60,097 bases of DNA. It comes from Candidatus Omnitrophota bacterium. Its GTDB lineage: Bacteria; Omnitrophota; Gorgyraeia; Gygaellales; Profunditerraquicolaceae. Below the pieces are notes generated by a model. That model was not told the origin of the DNA and did not search any database. It saw nothing but the letters and a program-made list of their open reading frames with translations. Below are positions 1 through 9,577 of this stretch, piece after piece. The stretch spans positions 313,930-374,026 of the forward strand of contig QZKH01000006.1 in NCBI GenBank assembly GCA_003598025.1, given 5' to 3'. Made by a program: the position numbers and the translations under genes. Numbering within the stretch: position 1 is the stretch's first letter; each line of letters begins with the position of its first letter.

Positions 1-292
1 CCAGGGAGGGATGGGTATTGCCGCCGGCGGAAATATTAATCCGGGCGGTGTATCTATGTTTGAGCCTATCGGAGGCAGCGCACCTAAATATACAGGCAAA
101 AATGTAATTAATCCCTTAGCGGCAATTTGTGCATTAGGTATGATGCTGGAAAGCCTGGGAGAGGTAAAAGCCGCAAATGCTATAGAGGCTTCGGTAATTA
201 ATTTGGTGAGGACGAAATTAAAATCTTTAGCCGCAGGGAAGATGGGTTTCTCCACATCTGAAATCGGAGATATAATCTCTAAATCACTATGA
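1..292 (+). CDS. isocitrate/isopropylmalate dehydrogenase family protein, C-terminal fragment (5' end outside window)
   Basis: The frame is open from the window edge. FEPIGGSAPKYTGKNVINPLAAI resembles the conserved loop of beta-decarboxylating dehydrogenases. The stop overlaps the asd start (ATGA junction). Confidence 0.6.
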   Translation, partial: QGGMGIAAGGNINPGGVSMFEPIGGSAPKYTGKNVINPLAAICALGMMLESLGEVKAANAIEASVINLVRTKLKSLAAGKMGFSTSEIGDIISKSL

Positions 293-1305
293 AAAAATAT
301 AATATTGCTGTAGTAGGAGTCGGTGCTGTAGGTATAGAAATGTTGCGTGTCCTTAAGGCGCGTAATTTTCCTGCCGGAGAAATCAAAGTTTTGGCCCGTT
401 CTTCCAGGGATATTGTTGTAGACGGGGTTAAATATTCCGTAGAGGCAATCGGTAGCAACTCGTTTAGGGGAACAGACATTGCTTTGTTTGCCGGTACTGA
501 GGGAGAAAAGGGGGCAGCCGTAACTTTTGCCAGGGAGGCTGTAAAGTGTGGTGCTGTGGTTATCGATAACGGTGCCGATTTTAGAATGGATAAGGATGTG
601 CCTCTGGTGGTTCCGGAAGTAAACGGCCGGGATGTAAAAAAGCATAAAGGCATCATTGCCAATCCTAATTGTTCTACCATACAAATGGTGGTAGCGCTTT
701 GGCCGATTTATAAAAAAGCAGGCATTAAAAGGATAATCGTTACCACTCTGCAGGCTTCTTCAGGTGCTGGTAGGTCTGCCGTTGAGCAGTTAAAGGAAGA
801 AATAAATATGATAGCTGCCGGAGGATTTGATAAGGTAAACGTTAATGTCGATAATCCTAGTATGCCGCAGCAACTGGCTTTCAATGTATTTCCTCAAATC
901 GGAGGATTTACTGAGTGTGATTACACAAGCGAAGAGTGGAAGCTGGTAAAAGAGACGCATAAAATAATGCATGACAGTAAGATTAAGATTTCAGCCACTA
1001 CAGTCAGGGTCCCGGTCAGGACCGGGCATTCAGAATCAGTATATATAGAGACTGTAAAACCGATATCAGTTGCTTTAGCTAAGAAAATATTAGCCAAATC
1101 AGAGGGGATTGTTTTAATCGATGATCCCAAATCAAACCTTTATCCTATGCCCAAGGATGCTGAAGGCAAGGATGAAACTTTTGTCGGCAGGATACGTAAG
1201 GATTGTTTTGTGAAAAACGGCATGTGGCTTTGGGTTGTTGCAGATAATCTCCGTAAGGGCGCTGCTACAAATGCTGTTCAGATTGCTGAAATTCTAATTA
1301 AATGA
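289..1305 (+). CDS. asd: aspartate-semialdehyde dehydrogenase
   Basis: 338 aa. N-terminal Rossmann motif VVGVGAVG and the active-site context NPNCSTI; length and layout are typical of Asd. Confidence 0.9.
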   Translation: MKKYNIAVVGVGAVGIEMLRVLKARNFPAGEIKVLARSSRDIVVDGVKYSVEAIGSNSFRGTDIALFAGTEGEKGAAVTFAREAVKCGAVVIDNGADFRMDKDVPLVVPEVNGRDVKKHKGIIANPNCSTIQMVVALWPIYKKAGIKRIIVTTLQASSGAGRSAVEQLKEEINMIAAGGFDKVNVNVDNPSMPQQLAFNVFPQIGGFTECDYTSEEWKLVKETHKIMHDSKIKISATTVRVPVRTGHSESVYIETVKPISVALAKKILAKSEGIVLIDDPKSNLYPMPKDAEGKDETFVGRIRKDCFVKNGMWLWVVADNLRKGAATNAVQIAEILIK

Positions 1306-2126
1306 AACAAGGCAATGCTGCAAAGCCCAACAAGACGGTTAATAACCTGAAGCGCAATATCAGGCTTGGAATAGAATACGATGGCACAAATTATTGTGGC
1401 TGGCAGACTCAGACCCGCAGCAAGCTTAAGCCCAGCATACAAGAGGTAATAGAATCCGTCCTTACTAAAATCCTCCAGGAAGAAATTAATATCACTGGCG
1501 CCGGCAGGACCGATGCCGGAGTGCATGCTTTATCACAGGTAGCTAATTTTAAGACCCATTCAAAATTATCATTAGTCAAAATTAAAAAAGCACTAAATTC
1601 TTTGTTGCCTAATGATATCGCAGTAAAAAACATAAAAGAAGTCCATATTGATTTTCACAGCAGGTTTAATGCTAAATCCAAATTGTACAGGTACATCATA
1701 GTCAACTCATCGGATAGGTGCGTATTTTTCAAGAAATATGCATACTTTTGCGCTTATGGCCTTGATATCAAGCTTATGCGTAAAGAGTCGAATTCTTTGC
1801 TGGGCAGGCATGATTTCAGTTCGTTCTGTGCAAGCAGCAGCTCTGTAAGAGATAAGGTCAGGACGATATTCAATGTCAGCTTAAAAAAAATAAAGCCAAA
1901 CATATTTGGCTTGAGCTATAATGTCACGGGCAATATCATTGCCCTGGATATAGAGGCGGATGGTTTTTTGTATAATATGGTACGCAATATTGCGGGTACG
2001 CTTATAGACATTGGAAGAGGCAGATTAAAGACAGGTATTAAGAGAATATTGTCTGCTAAAGATAGGCGCTTGGCCGGGCAAACCGCTCCTGCCTGCGGGC
2101 TTTTCTTGGTAAAAACTACCTATTAA
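1302..2126 (+). CDS. truA: tRNA pseudouridine(38-40) synthase
   Basis: Contains IEYDGTNYCGWQTQ and the catalytic GAGRTDAGVHA motif. Start overlaps the asd stop. Confidence 0.9.
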   Translation: MKQGNAAKPNKTVNNLKRNIRLGIEYDGTNYCGWQTQTRSKLKPSIQEVIESVLTKILQEEINITGAGRTDAGVHALSQVANFKTHSKLSLVKIKKALNSLLPNDIAVKNIKEVHIDFHSRFNAKSKLYRYIIVNSSDRCVFFKKYAYFCAYGLDIKLMRKESNSLLGRHDFSSFCASSSSVRDKVRTIFNVSLKKIKPNIFGLSYNVTGNIIALDIEADGFLYNMVRNIAGTLIDIGRGRLKTGIKRILSAKDRRLAGQTAPACGLFLVKTTY

Positions 2127-2182
2127 ACCCCATCCTGGTGCTTAAACAGTTGGTTATAGGTATAAAAAAATTGTAAAATATA

Positions 2183-2210
2183 TTGACTTATATAGCAGAT
2201 ATGTTATACT
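2183..2210 (+). promoter_or_regulatory. sigma70-like promoter candidate upstream of rplM-rpsI
   Basis: TTGACT (2183-2188), 16 nt spacer, TATACT (2205-2210), about 30 nt upstream of the rplM start. Confidence 0.4.
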
Positions 2211-2240
2211 TTTAGTTCATTATTTTTATAGGAGAGTTTT

Positions 2241-2672
2241 ATGAACAGGACCTTTATAGCTAAAAAAAGAGAGATAAAAAGAGGGCAGTATATTGTAGAT
2301 GCCAAGGGCAAGATACTTGGCAGGCTTGCTGTAAAGATTGCCGTTATTTTAAGAGGGAAACACAAACCCGAATTTACGCCGCATATAGATACGGGTGATT
2401 CTGTGATCGTGTTTAATGCGGATAAGATAAGAGTTACAGGCAGGAAAATGACAGAAAAGGTTTACCGCAGGTTTTCCGGATATCCCGGCGGCTTGCGGGA
2501 AGTCAGCCTTGAAACCTTGCTTAAGAAAAACCCTTCTAACGTTATAAGGCTTGCGGTTAAGAGGATGCTGCCTTCAGGGCCTCTTGGCAGGGATATGATA
2601 AAGAAATTGAAGGTATATAATACAGAGCAGCACCCGCATAAAGGCGGCAATTTAATTAATTTGGAGGTCTGA
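2241..2672 (+). CDS. rplM: 50S ribosomal protein L13
   Basis: 143 aa. Sequence WYIVDAKGKILGRLA-like (QYIVDAKGKILGRLAVKIA). Conserved rplM-rpsI pairing. Confidence 0.95.
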   Translation: MNRTFIAKKREIKRGQYIVDAKGKILGRLAVKIAVILRGKHKPEFTPHIDTGDSVIVFNADKIRVTGRKMTEKVYRRFSGYPGGLREVSLETLLKKNPSNVIRLAVKRMLPSGPLGRDMIKKLKVYNTEQHPHKGGNLINLEV

Positions 2673-2678
2673 TTTTTT

Positions 2679-3074
2679 ATGGAAGCAGCAACGCAATCTA
2701 AGGCATTAGGCAGAAGGAAAGAAGCTATAGCAAGGGTGAGGGTTATGCCTGGCTCTGGCAGGATTTCTGTTAACGGTAAGGATTTTTCAGAATATTTTAT
2801 CAGGGAAACTGACAGGATTATCATAAAACAGCCTTTAATGGCTACAAATACTTTGGATAAATACGATATTTTCGCAAATTTAAGTGGGGGCGGTTTAACT
2901 GGGCAGGCTGGTGCTTTGAGGCTTGGTATTTCTCGCATATTAGCTTCATTTGACCCGAGCTTTAAGGATTTACTCCGTAAGCAGGGTTTTATCACGCGTG
3001 ACCCGCGCATGAAAGAGCGCAAAAAATACGGCCGTAAAGGAGCACGCAAGCGCTTCCAGTGGACAAAGAGGTAA
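2679..3074 (+). CDS. rpsI: 30S ribosomal protein S9
   Basis: 131 aa. Contains GGGLTGQAGALRLGISRIL and the C-terminal KKYGRKGARKRFQWTKR. Confidence 0.95.
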   Translation: MEAATQSKALGRRKEAIARVRVMPGSGRISVNGKDFSEYFIRETDRIIIKQPLMATNTLDKYDIFANLSGGGLTGQAGALRLGISRILASFDPSFKDLLRKQGFITRDPRMKERKKYGRKGARKRFQWTKR

Positions 3075-3082
3075 GGAATGTT

Positions 3083-3112
3083 AGTTCATAGTTCATAGTT
3101 CATAGTTCATAG
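3083..3112. repeat. tandem heptamer array (AGTTCAT)x4
   Basis: Four perfect AGTTCAT units plus AG, directly after the rpsI stop. Confidence 0.95.
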
Positions 3113-3126
3113 ATGTGAGATAAGAG

Positions 3127-3157
3127 ATCCCGCTGGATAAGCGGGATTTTTTATTTT
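3127..3157 (+). terminator. rho-independent terminator after rpsI
   Basis: Stem ATCCCGC / GCGGGAT with a 7-nt loop, followed by TTTTTTATTTT. Confidence 0.75.
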
Positions 3158-3185
3158 ACGGGGATATTAATCGACGAGAAATTTC

Positions 3186-3214
3186 TTGACTATGCAATTT
3201 TTTTATTCTAAGAT
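3186..3214 (+). promoter_or_regulatory. sigma70-like promoter candidate upstream of argC
   Basis: TTGACT (3186-3191), 17 nt spacer, TAAGAT (3209-3214). Confidence 0.4.
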
Positions 3215-3226
3215 GGTCAATAAACG

Positions 3227-4261
3227 ATGGAGAAATTAGAAATGAATATAAAAGTTGGTATTATCGGGGCTACAGGGCATACCGGCGAAGAATTAATCGG
3301 CATACTTCTTGGACATCCTTATGTTTCTATATGCGGACTTTATAATACCGGCAAGGACCCGCAGGTGATTTCGCAGGTTTTCCCGAAATTCAAAGGTAGG
3401 CTTGACAGGGTCTGCAAAAAAGCTGATTTTAAGGAGATAGCTGATAAGTGCGACCTGATATTTTTGGCTTTGCCCCATACAGTTTCTATGGATTTTACGC
3501 CGAAATTACTTAAGATCAATAAGAAAATAATCGACCTTAGCGCAGATTACCGGATTAAAAATACCAGGGTTTTTGAGAAATTTTACGGGAAGAAACATAA
3601 GGATAATCTTGGTTTGCGTAAGGCAGTTTATGGTCTGCCCGAGATTTATAGGAATAAAATCAAGCATGCTAAACTTGTGGCAAACCCAGGGTGTTATCCG
3701 ACTGCTGCAATATTAGCTTTGGCGCCGTTAGTTTCTTTGGGATTAGTGGATAACAGTTCCATAATAATTGATGCCAAGTCAGGTGTTTCCGGGGCGGGAA
3801 AGAAGCTTACGAAGGAATTTCTATTTTCTGAGGTAGCCGGTAATTTCAGCGCATACAAGGTTAACACCCATCAGCATATGCCGGAGATCGAGCTGTATCT
3901 AAGCAGGCTTGCCTCATCCAAGGTAAAAATTAAATTCGTGCCGCACCTTCTCCCGATAAACAGGGGGATAATCGAGACGATATACGTAAACAAGAGCCAT
4001 GCAGCTAAAGGTAAGAATATCTTGGGGATATTCAAGAGTTTTTATAAGAATGAACCTTTTATCAGGATCAAAGAAGAGGGTAAATTCCCCAAAGTCAGTG
4101 ATGTGTATGAAACCAATTACTGCGATATAGGGATAAAGGATTGCGGTGATTCGGTTATAATAATAGCGGCAATAGACAATCTTTCAAAAGGCGCTTCCGG
4201 GCAGGCTGTACAAAACATGAATATTATGTATAAGATCCCCGAGACTACGGGGTTGTTATGA
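3227..4261 (+). CDS. argC: N-acetyl-gamma-glutamyl-phosphate reductase
   Basis: Contains GIIGATGHTGEEL and the active-site ANPGCYPTA. An alternative start is Met6 at 3242. Confidence 0.9.
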   Translation: MEKLEMNIKVGIIGATGHTGEELIGILLGHPYVSICGLYNTGKDPQVISQVFPKFKGRLDRVCKKADFKEIADKCDLIFLALPHTVSMDFTPKLLKINKKIIDLSADYRIKNTRVFEKFYGKKHKDNLGLRKAVYGLPEIYRNKIKHAKLVANPGCYPTAAILALAPLVSLGLVDNSSIIIDAKSGVSGAGKKLTKEFLFSEVAGNFSAYKVNTHQHMPEIELYLSRLASSKVKIKFVPHLLPINRGIIETIYVNKSHAAKGKNILGIFKSFYKNEPFIRIKEEGKFPKVSDVYETNYCDIGIKDCGDSVIIIAAIDNLSKGASGQAVQNMNIMYKIPETTGLL

Positions 4262-5394
4262 ACATACTGAATAAAGCTTATTTACCCTGCGGGTTTAAGG
4301 CAGCGGCAGTCGCTTCAGGCATTAAGAAATCCGGAAAATTGGATTTAGGTTTAATTATTTCTGAAGTCCCAGCTAAAGCTTCCTGTGTTTTTACTGCCAA
4401 TAAGATTAAAGCAGCCCCTTTAAAAATTGACAAAGAACATCTTAGCAAGTCTAAATTCTTCCAGGCGATTATTGTCAATAGCGGCAATGCCAATTGTTTT
4501 ACTTCCGGACAGGGGATTAAAGATGCGTCTAGAATGGCAGCTATGGTGGCTGAGCCTTTAGGCTTGCTAAAAGAAGCGGTATTAGTTGCTTCTACCGGGA
4601 TAATAGGCAAAAGGATGCCTATGGAGAATGTAAGTAGGGGTATCATTAAGCTTTTTCCTTTACTTTCAGCGAGCGGCATAGATAAGGCCAAAAAAGCGAT
4701 ATTAACAACAGACACCTTTGCTAAAGAGATAACCGTAAGATTTAAAATAGGTTCAAAAGTCGTTACTATTTGCGGGATTGCTAAAGGAGCAGGGATGATC
4801 TCTCCATCGATGGCCACTATGCTTTGTTTTGTCCTTACCGATGCTAGTATCACCCAGAGGGCGCTTGATAAATCTTTAAAAGGAGCGGTAGAAAGTTCTT
4901 TTAATAGCATAACCGTTGATGGTTGTATGAGTACGAATGATAGTGTGATGGTTTTAGCTAATTCCCTTGCCGGCAATAAGCTTATTGATAAAGGGGCAGC
5001 TTTTGGGATTTTTACCAAGGCGCTGAACACTGTTTGTTTAGAGTTAGCTAAATTGATTGTCAGAGACGGCGAAGGCGCAACGAAATTCATCAGGATAAAT
5101 GTTAACGGTGCTAAAAGCTATGGACAGGCAAGAAAAGGGGCTTTAGCTATAGCAAATTCAGATTTGTTTAAAACAGCCATATACGGGCAGAACCCAAACT
5201 TTGGCAGGATAGTCGCCAGCCTTGGCGCATCAGGTATTTTGTTGAACGAAGACAAAATCAGGATTAAGGCCAGTTCTCTTGCGAAAAAAGATATTAACAT
5301 AGATGTTTATTTAGGGGCAGGTAAATACTCCGCTACTGTTTATACCAGCGACCTTACTCCTGAGTATATAAAAATTAATGCTGAGTATAACTAA
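4258..5394 (+). CDS. argJ: bifunctional ornithine acetyltransferase / N-acetylglutamate synthase
   Basis: Autoprocessing-site context PSMATMLCFVLTDA, length 378 aa, and position in the arg cluster. Confidence 0.9.
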   Translation: MNILNKAYLPCGFKAAAVASGIKKSGKLDLGLIISEVPAKASCVFTANKIKAAPLKIDKEHLSKSKFFQAIIVNSGNANCFTSGQGIKDASRMAAMVAEPLGLLKEAVLVASTGIIGKRMPMENVSRGIIKLFPLLSASGIDKAKKAILTTDTFAKEITVRFKIGSKVVTICGIAKGAGMISPSMATMLCFVLTDASITQRALDKSLKGAVESSFNSITVDGCMSTNDSVMVLANSLAGNKLIDKGAAFGIFTKALNTVCLELAKLIVRDGEGATKFIRINVNGAKSYGQARKGALAIANSDLFKTAIYGQNPNFGRIVASLGASGILLNEDKIRIKASSLAKKDINIDVYLGAGKYSATVYTSDLTPEYIKINAEYN

Positions 5395-5406
5395 AGGAAG
5401 ATAAAT

Positions 5407-6258
5407 ATGGAAGAAGCGATTAAAAAAGCTAATGTTCTTATTGAGGCCCTGCCTTATATTAAGAAATTTCATAAAAAAATCGTCGTAATAAAATACGGCG
5501 GCAGCATATTAAGCGAAGAGAAGATCAGGAGAGGTATACTCGAAGATATTGTCTTCTTAAGCTTCATGGGCTTAAAGCCGGTTCTTGTTCACGGTGGCGG
5601 GCCAAATATAAGCGACCGGATCCGGGAGTCAGGTAAAAAGACAGAGTTTATCGACGGTATGAGAGTGACCGACGAAGACACATTAACTATCGTTGAAGAT
5701 GAGCTGGATAAACTTAATAAGATGATTGTTGCGGAGATAGTTCAGATTGGCGCTAAGGCCGTAGGGTTAAATGGCAAGGAAAATATAATCCTGGCTAAAA
5801 AAAAGAAGGCCAAGATTGACTTAGGGTTGGTCGGCGAAGTTGCTCAGGTTGTCACAGATAATATTTTGGACAGGCTTAAGTCAGATACTGTTGTTGTGGT
5901 ATTGCCCATGGGCACAGGCAAGGATAAAAAAACATATAACATAAATGCCGATGAGGCAGCTTCTAGTATAGCTTCAGCCTTATCAGCCGAGAAGCTGGTT
6001 TTGCTTACCAATGTAAAAGGGATCATGAGGAATCCGGATGATCCGCATTCTTTTCTTTCGACGCTGAATACTGAGGAGGCAAAGGGTCTTATAAGCGAAA
6101 ATGTGATTAACCAGGGTATGATACCGAAGGTCCAGGCCTGCGTAGATGCCTTGAATAACGGGGTTAAAAAGACGCATATCATTGATGCGCGTATACCGCA
6201 TGGTCTGCTACTTGAAATTTTTACCGATGAAGGTATCGGCACAGAGATAGTGAAATGA
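5407..6258 (+). CDS. argB: acetylglutamate kinase
   Basis: Amino-acid kinase fold motifs VIKYGGS and VHGGGP. Confidence 0.9.
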   Translation: MEEAIKKANVLIEALPYIKKFHKKIVVIKYGGSILSEEKIRRGILEDIVFLSFMGLKPVLVHGGGPNISDRIRESGKKTEFIDGMRVTDEDTLTIVEDELDKLNKMIVAEIVQIGAKAVGLNGKENIILAKKKKAKIDLGLVGEVAQVVTDNILDRLKSDTVVVVLPMGTGKDKKTYNINADEAASSIASALSAEKLVLLTNVKGIMRNPDDPHSFLSTLNTEEAKGLISENVINQGMIPKVQACVDALNNGVKKTHIIDARIPHGLLLEIFTDEGIGTEIVK

Positions 6259-7439
6259 AATTAGAAGATATATTACAATCATATAGTGATTTTATTATGC
6301 CTACATACAATAAGACACCATTGGTCTTCACAAAGGGCAAGGGCAGTTGGTTATGGGATATACATAATAAGGCATATTTAGATTTTTTCCCGGGGTGGGG
6401 CGTTAATAACCTTGGGCATTGTCACCCTAAGGTGATGCAGGCAGTCAGGGACCAGATATCAAAGCTGATATTCATACCTAATAATTATTATCAAGTCCCC
6501 CAGGCCGTATTAGCAAAAGAATTAATCAATGTTATTTTTCCTGCTAAGGTATTTTTTTGCAATTCAGGCGCAGAGGCTAATGAAGCAGCAATAAAATTCT
6601 CGAGGAAATTCGGCAAGGGCAAGTATGAAATCATAACTTTTACAAATTCATTCCACGGCAGGACTCTGGCAGCACTCGCAGCTACGGGGCAGAAGAAATA
6701 CCAGGAAGGCTTTGAGCCTTTACCTGCCGGATTTAAAACTGTTGAGTTCAATGATATAGAAGCAGTTAAGAGGGCAATCACGGATAAAACAGTAGGTATA
6801 ATGCTTGAATTGATCCAGGGCGAGGGTGGTATAAATGTCGCCTTAAGGGATTTTGTGGTGGAGCTAAGGAATGTCTGCGATGAAAAAGGTTTGCTTTTGA
6901 TTATCGATGAGGTTCAAACTGGCATAGGAAGGACAGGCAAAATGTTTTGCTATGAGCATTACGGTATAAAACCGGATATTCTGACTTTGGCAAAGGCTCT
7001 TGGCGGCGGCTTGCCTATAGGCGCAATGGTGGTTAAAAAGGATATTGCCGATCTGCTTTTGCCCGGCATGCACGCTTCTACTTTTGGTGGCGGGCCGGTT
7101 ATTTGTAAAGCAGCTTTAGCGGTATTAAGGTCGATTAAGAAAGAAAAGATCCTTAAAAACGTAGAGGTTGTAGGTGATTACCTTTATAAGAACCTTATGA
7201 AACTTAAAGAAAAATATTCGGTTATCAATGATGCCAGGGGTCTTGGGCTTATGTTCGGAGTAGAGCTTAATATAGAGGGGAAACCGATCGTCGAAAGGTG
7301 TATTGGAGAAGGGCTGTTGATTAACTGCACCCACGGTTCGGTTTTAAGGCTTATGCCGGCATTAAACGTAACTAAAAGAGAAATTGATAAAGCAGTTCAA
7401 ATATTAAATAAAGTAATGAAGGATGTTTGCCATGGATAA
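6255..7439 (+). CDS. argD: acetylornithine aminotransferase (class III PLP aminotransferase)
   Basis: Contains NSGAEANEAAIK, DEVQTGIGRTG and TLAKALGGG. Sits in the arg cluster. Confidence 0.85.
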   Translation: MKLEDILQSYSDFIMPTYNKTPLVFTKGKGSWLWDIHNKAYLDFFPGWGVNNLGHCHPKVMQAVRDQISKLIFIPNNYYQVPQAVLAKELINVIFPAKVFFCNSGAEANEAAIKFSRKFGKGKYEIITFTNSFHGRTLAALAATGQKKYQEGFEPLPAGFKTVEFNDIEAVKRAITDKTVGIMLELIQGEGGINVALRDFVVELRNVCDEKGLLLIIDEVQTGIGRTGKMFCYEHYGIKPDILTLAKALGGGLPIGAMVVKKDIADLLLPGMHASTFGGGPVICKAALAVLRSIKKEKILKNVEVVGDYLYKNLMKLKEKYSVINDARGLGLMFGVELNIEGKPIVERCIGEGLLINCTHGSVLRLMPALNVTKREIDKAVQILNKVMKDVCHG

Positions 7440-8355
7440 AGATCTTATTTCAATCGTAAACCTTAAAAGGAGCCAGATAGAGGATATTCTTTCTCTAACT
7501 GATAGCTTGATTGCCGATAGGCAAAAGTTCTCCCGGCATCTGACCGGCAAGACTTTAGCGCTGATATTCCAGAAACCTTCTAACCGGACCAGGGTTTCTT
7601 TTGAGGTTGGCATGTATCAATTGGGAGGTAATTCTATTTATCTTTCTCCCGGCGAGATCAACTTGGGAGTAAGGGAGTCGATTAAGGACGTGGCTAAAAC
7701 CCTTTCCAGGTATGTCGACGGTATTGTAATAAGGACTTTTGAGCATGCTAATGTGGTTGAACTTGCTAAGTATTCTTCTGTTCCGGTAATAAACGGCCTG
7801 TCAGATTTCTCACACCCATGCCAGGCACTGGCTGATATTTACACGGTTACAAGGAAACTTAAAGATAGGCAGAAAATAACGCTAGCTTACATAGGAGACG
7901 GAAATAATGTAAGCAATTCTTTACTGTATGTTTGTGCAAAGCTCGGTATAAATATGAAGATGGCTACTCCAAAAGGTTATGAACCGGATGGAGGAGTCCT
8001 TGAAGGGGCTGTAATTTTGTCTAAAGAGACAAATTGCCTTATCAGCCATTCCTATGATCCGGCAGAAACAGCAGAAGGAGCAGATGTTATATATACAGAT
8101 GTCTGGACAAGCATGGGGCAGGAGAAGGAAGCAGCCAAAAGAAAGAAGGCATTTGAGAAATTCCAGATTAACTCTAAGTTAGTTAGCTTGGCAAAGGCGG
8201 GCGCATTGATTATGCATTGTCTTCCCGCCCATAGAGGGGAAGAAATTACAGATGAAGTCATTGACGGAGCTAATTCTATAGTGTTTGACCAGGCTGAAAA
8301 CAGGCTCCATGTGCAAAAGGCGATATTGATAAAATTATTAGGAGACAATAAATGA
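7432..8355 (+). CDS. argF: ornithine carbamoyltransferase
   Basis: Carbamoyl-phosphate motif SNRTRVSFE plus HCLPAHRGEE. The start is placed at MDKDL; an upstream ATG at 7423 is possible. Confidence 0.85.
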   Translation: MDKDLISIVNLKRSQIEDILSLTDSLIADRQKFSRHLTGKTLALIFQKPSNRTRVSFEVGMYQLGGNSIYLSPGEINLGVRESIKDVAKTLSRYVDGIVIRTFEHANVVELAKYSSVPVINGLSDFSHPCQALADIYTVTRKLKDRQKITLAYIGDGNNVSNSLLYVCAKLGINMKMATPKGYEPDGGVLEGAVILSKETNCLISHSYDPAETAEGADVIYTDVWTSMGQEKEAAKRKKAFEKFQINSKLVSLAKAGALIMHCLPAHRGEEITDEVIDGANSIVFDQAENRLHVQKAILIKLLGDNK

Positions 8356-9533
8356 AGAAAGTTGTACTTGCTTATTCAGGGGGGTTAGATACTTCTTGCA
8401 TTGTTAAGTGGCTAACTTTAAGAGGATATGATGTGGTATGTTTCGTAGCGGATTTGGGCCAGGGTTTAGGAAGCGGCGAGGATCTTAAAGCTATAGAGAA
8501 AAGGGCTTTTTCTGCGGGGGCTTCCAAAGTTTATATCAAGGATTTACAGGAAGAGTTTATAGATGATTATATTTTGCCTGCGTTAAAGGCTAATGCAATA
8601 TACGAAGGCAAATACCTGCTTGCTACAGCCTTAGGAAGGCCGTTAATTGCCAAGCATTTAGTTGACCTGGCGCATAAAGAAAAAGCTTCTTATGTTGCGC
8701 ATGGTTGTACCGGAAAAGGCAATGACCAGGTTAGGTTTGAAGTAAGTGTCGGCATACTTGACCCGGGCTTAGAGATAATTGCGCCTGTCAGGGAATGGGA
8801 GTTTAAATCCAGGGATGAGGAAATTGAATACGCAAAAATGCATAATATCCCCATAGATGTGAGCAAAAAAAAGCCGTACAGTATTGACAGGAATATTTGG
8901 GGTATCAGTATAGAGGCAGGGGTATTAGAAAATCTGGAGCAGGAGCCTCCGGAAGATGCCTACATGATCACTAAAAACCCGGGCGGGCAATCTTCTTACC
9001 CTAAATATGTGGAAATCACCTTTGATAAAGGAGTGCCAAAAAAGATTGACGGTAAATCCTATACGTTAAAGAACCTGATAATACAGCTTAATGAGGTGGG
9101 CGGGACTCATGGCGTAGGCAGGGTTGATTTAGTTGAGAACAGGCTGGTAGGTATTAAATCCAGGGAGATATATGAGGCGCCTGCTGCAACCATACTTTTT
9201 GCCGCGCACAAAGAATTAGAGAGCCTGGTGTTAGACAGGGAATGCGCCCATTTTAAGGAGCTGGTTTCCATGAAATATTCCGAAATGGTTTATTATGGCT
9301 TATGGTTCTCACCGTTAAAGGAAGCTTTAGACGGGTTTGTAAATTCAACCCAGAAAAGCGTAAGCGGTACTATTAAACTTAAACTTTTTAAAGGCAGCTG
9401 TGTAGCTGTTGCGAGAAAATCATCACATTCCTTGTATAAGAAGGAGCTGAGCACTTACGGCCAGGATGATAAATTTAACCAGAAATTAGCAGAGGGGTTC
9501 ATCAAGATCTGGGGAATGCCGTATAAACAATAG
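8352..9533 (+). CDS. argG: argininosuccinate synthase
   Basis: N-terminal AYSGGLDTS ATP-PPase motif plus GCTGKGNDQVRFE. Confidence 0.95.
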   Translation: MKKVVLAYSGGLDTSCIVKWLTLRGYDVVCFVADLGQGLGSGEDLKAIEKRAFSAGASKVYIKDLQEEFIDDYILPALKANAIYEGKYLLATALGRPLIAKHLVDLAHKEKASYVAHGCTGKGNDQVRFEVSVGILDPGLEIIAPVREWEFKSRDEEIEYAKMHNIPIDVSKKKPYSIDRNIWGISIEAGVLENLEQEPPEDAYMITKNPGGQSSYPKYVEITFDKGVPKKIDGKSYTLKNLIIQLNEVGGTHGVGRVDLVENRLVGIKSREIYEAPAATILFAAHKELESLVLDRECAHFKELVSMKYSEMVYYGLWFSPLKEALDGFVNSTQKSVSGTIKLKLFKGSCVAVARKSSHSLYKKELSTYGQDDKFNQKLAEGFIKIWGMPYKQ

Positions 9534-9554
9534 TTCATGGTTCATAGTTCACGG
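9532..9554. repeat. tandem heptamer array (AGTTCAT GGTTCAT AGTTCAC)
   Basis: Three units. The argG TAG stop (9531-9533) overlaps the first unit. Confidence 0.9.
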
Positions 9555-9577
9555 AATAAATCTTAGAGAGGTAGAAT

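Noticed and set aside
2462-5090. Long minus-strand ORFs (for example 2462-3049 at 195 aa and 4278-5090 at 270 aa) and the many other 60-165-aa antisense ORFs in the track.
   Set aside because: Each lies entirely within a + strand gene that has strong family motifs. Their translations are low-complexity with no recognisable motifs, RBS or promoter. They are typical shadow ORFs.
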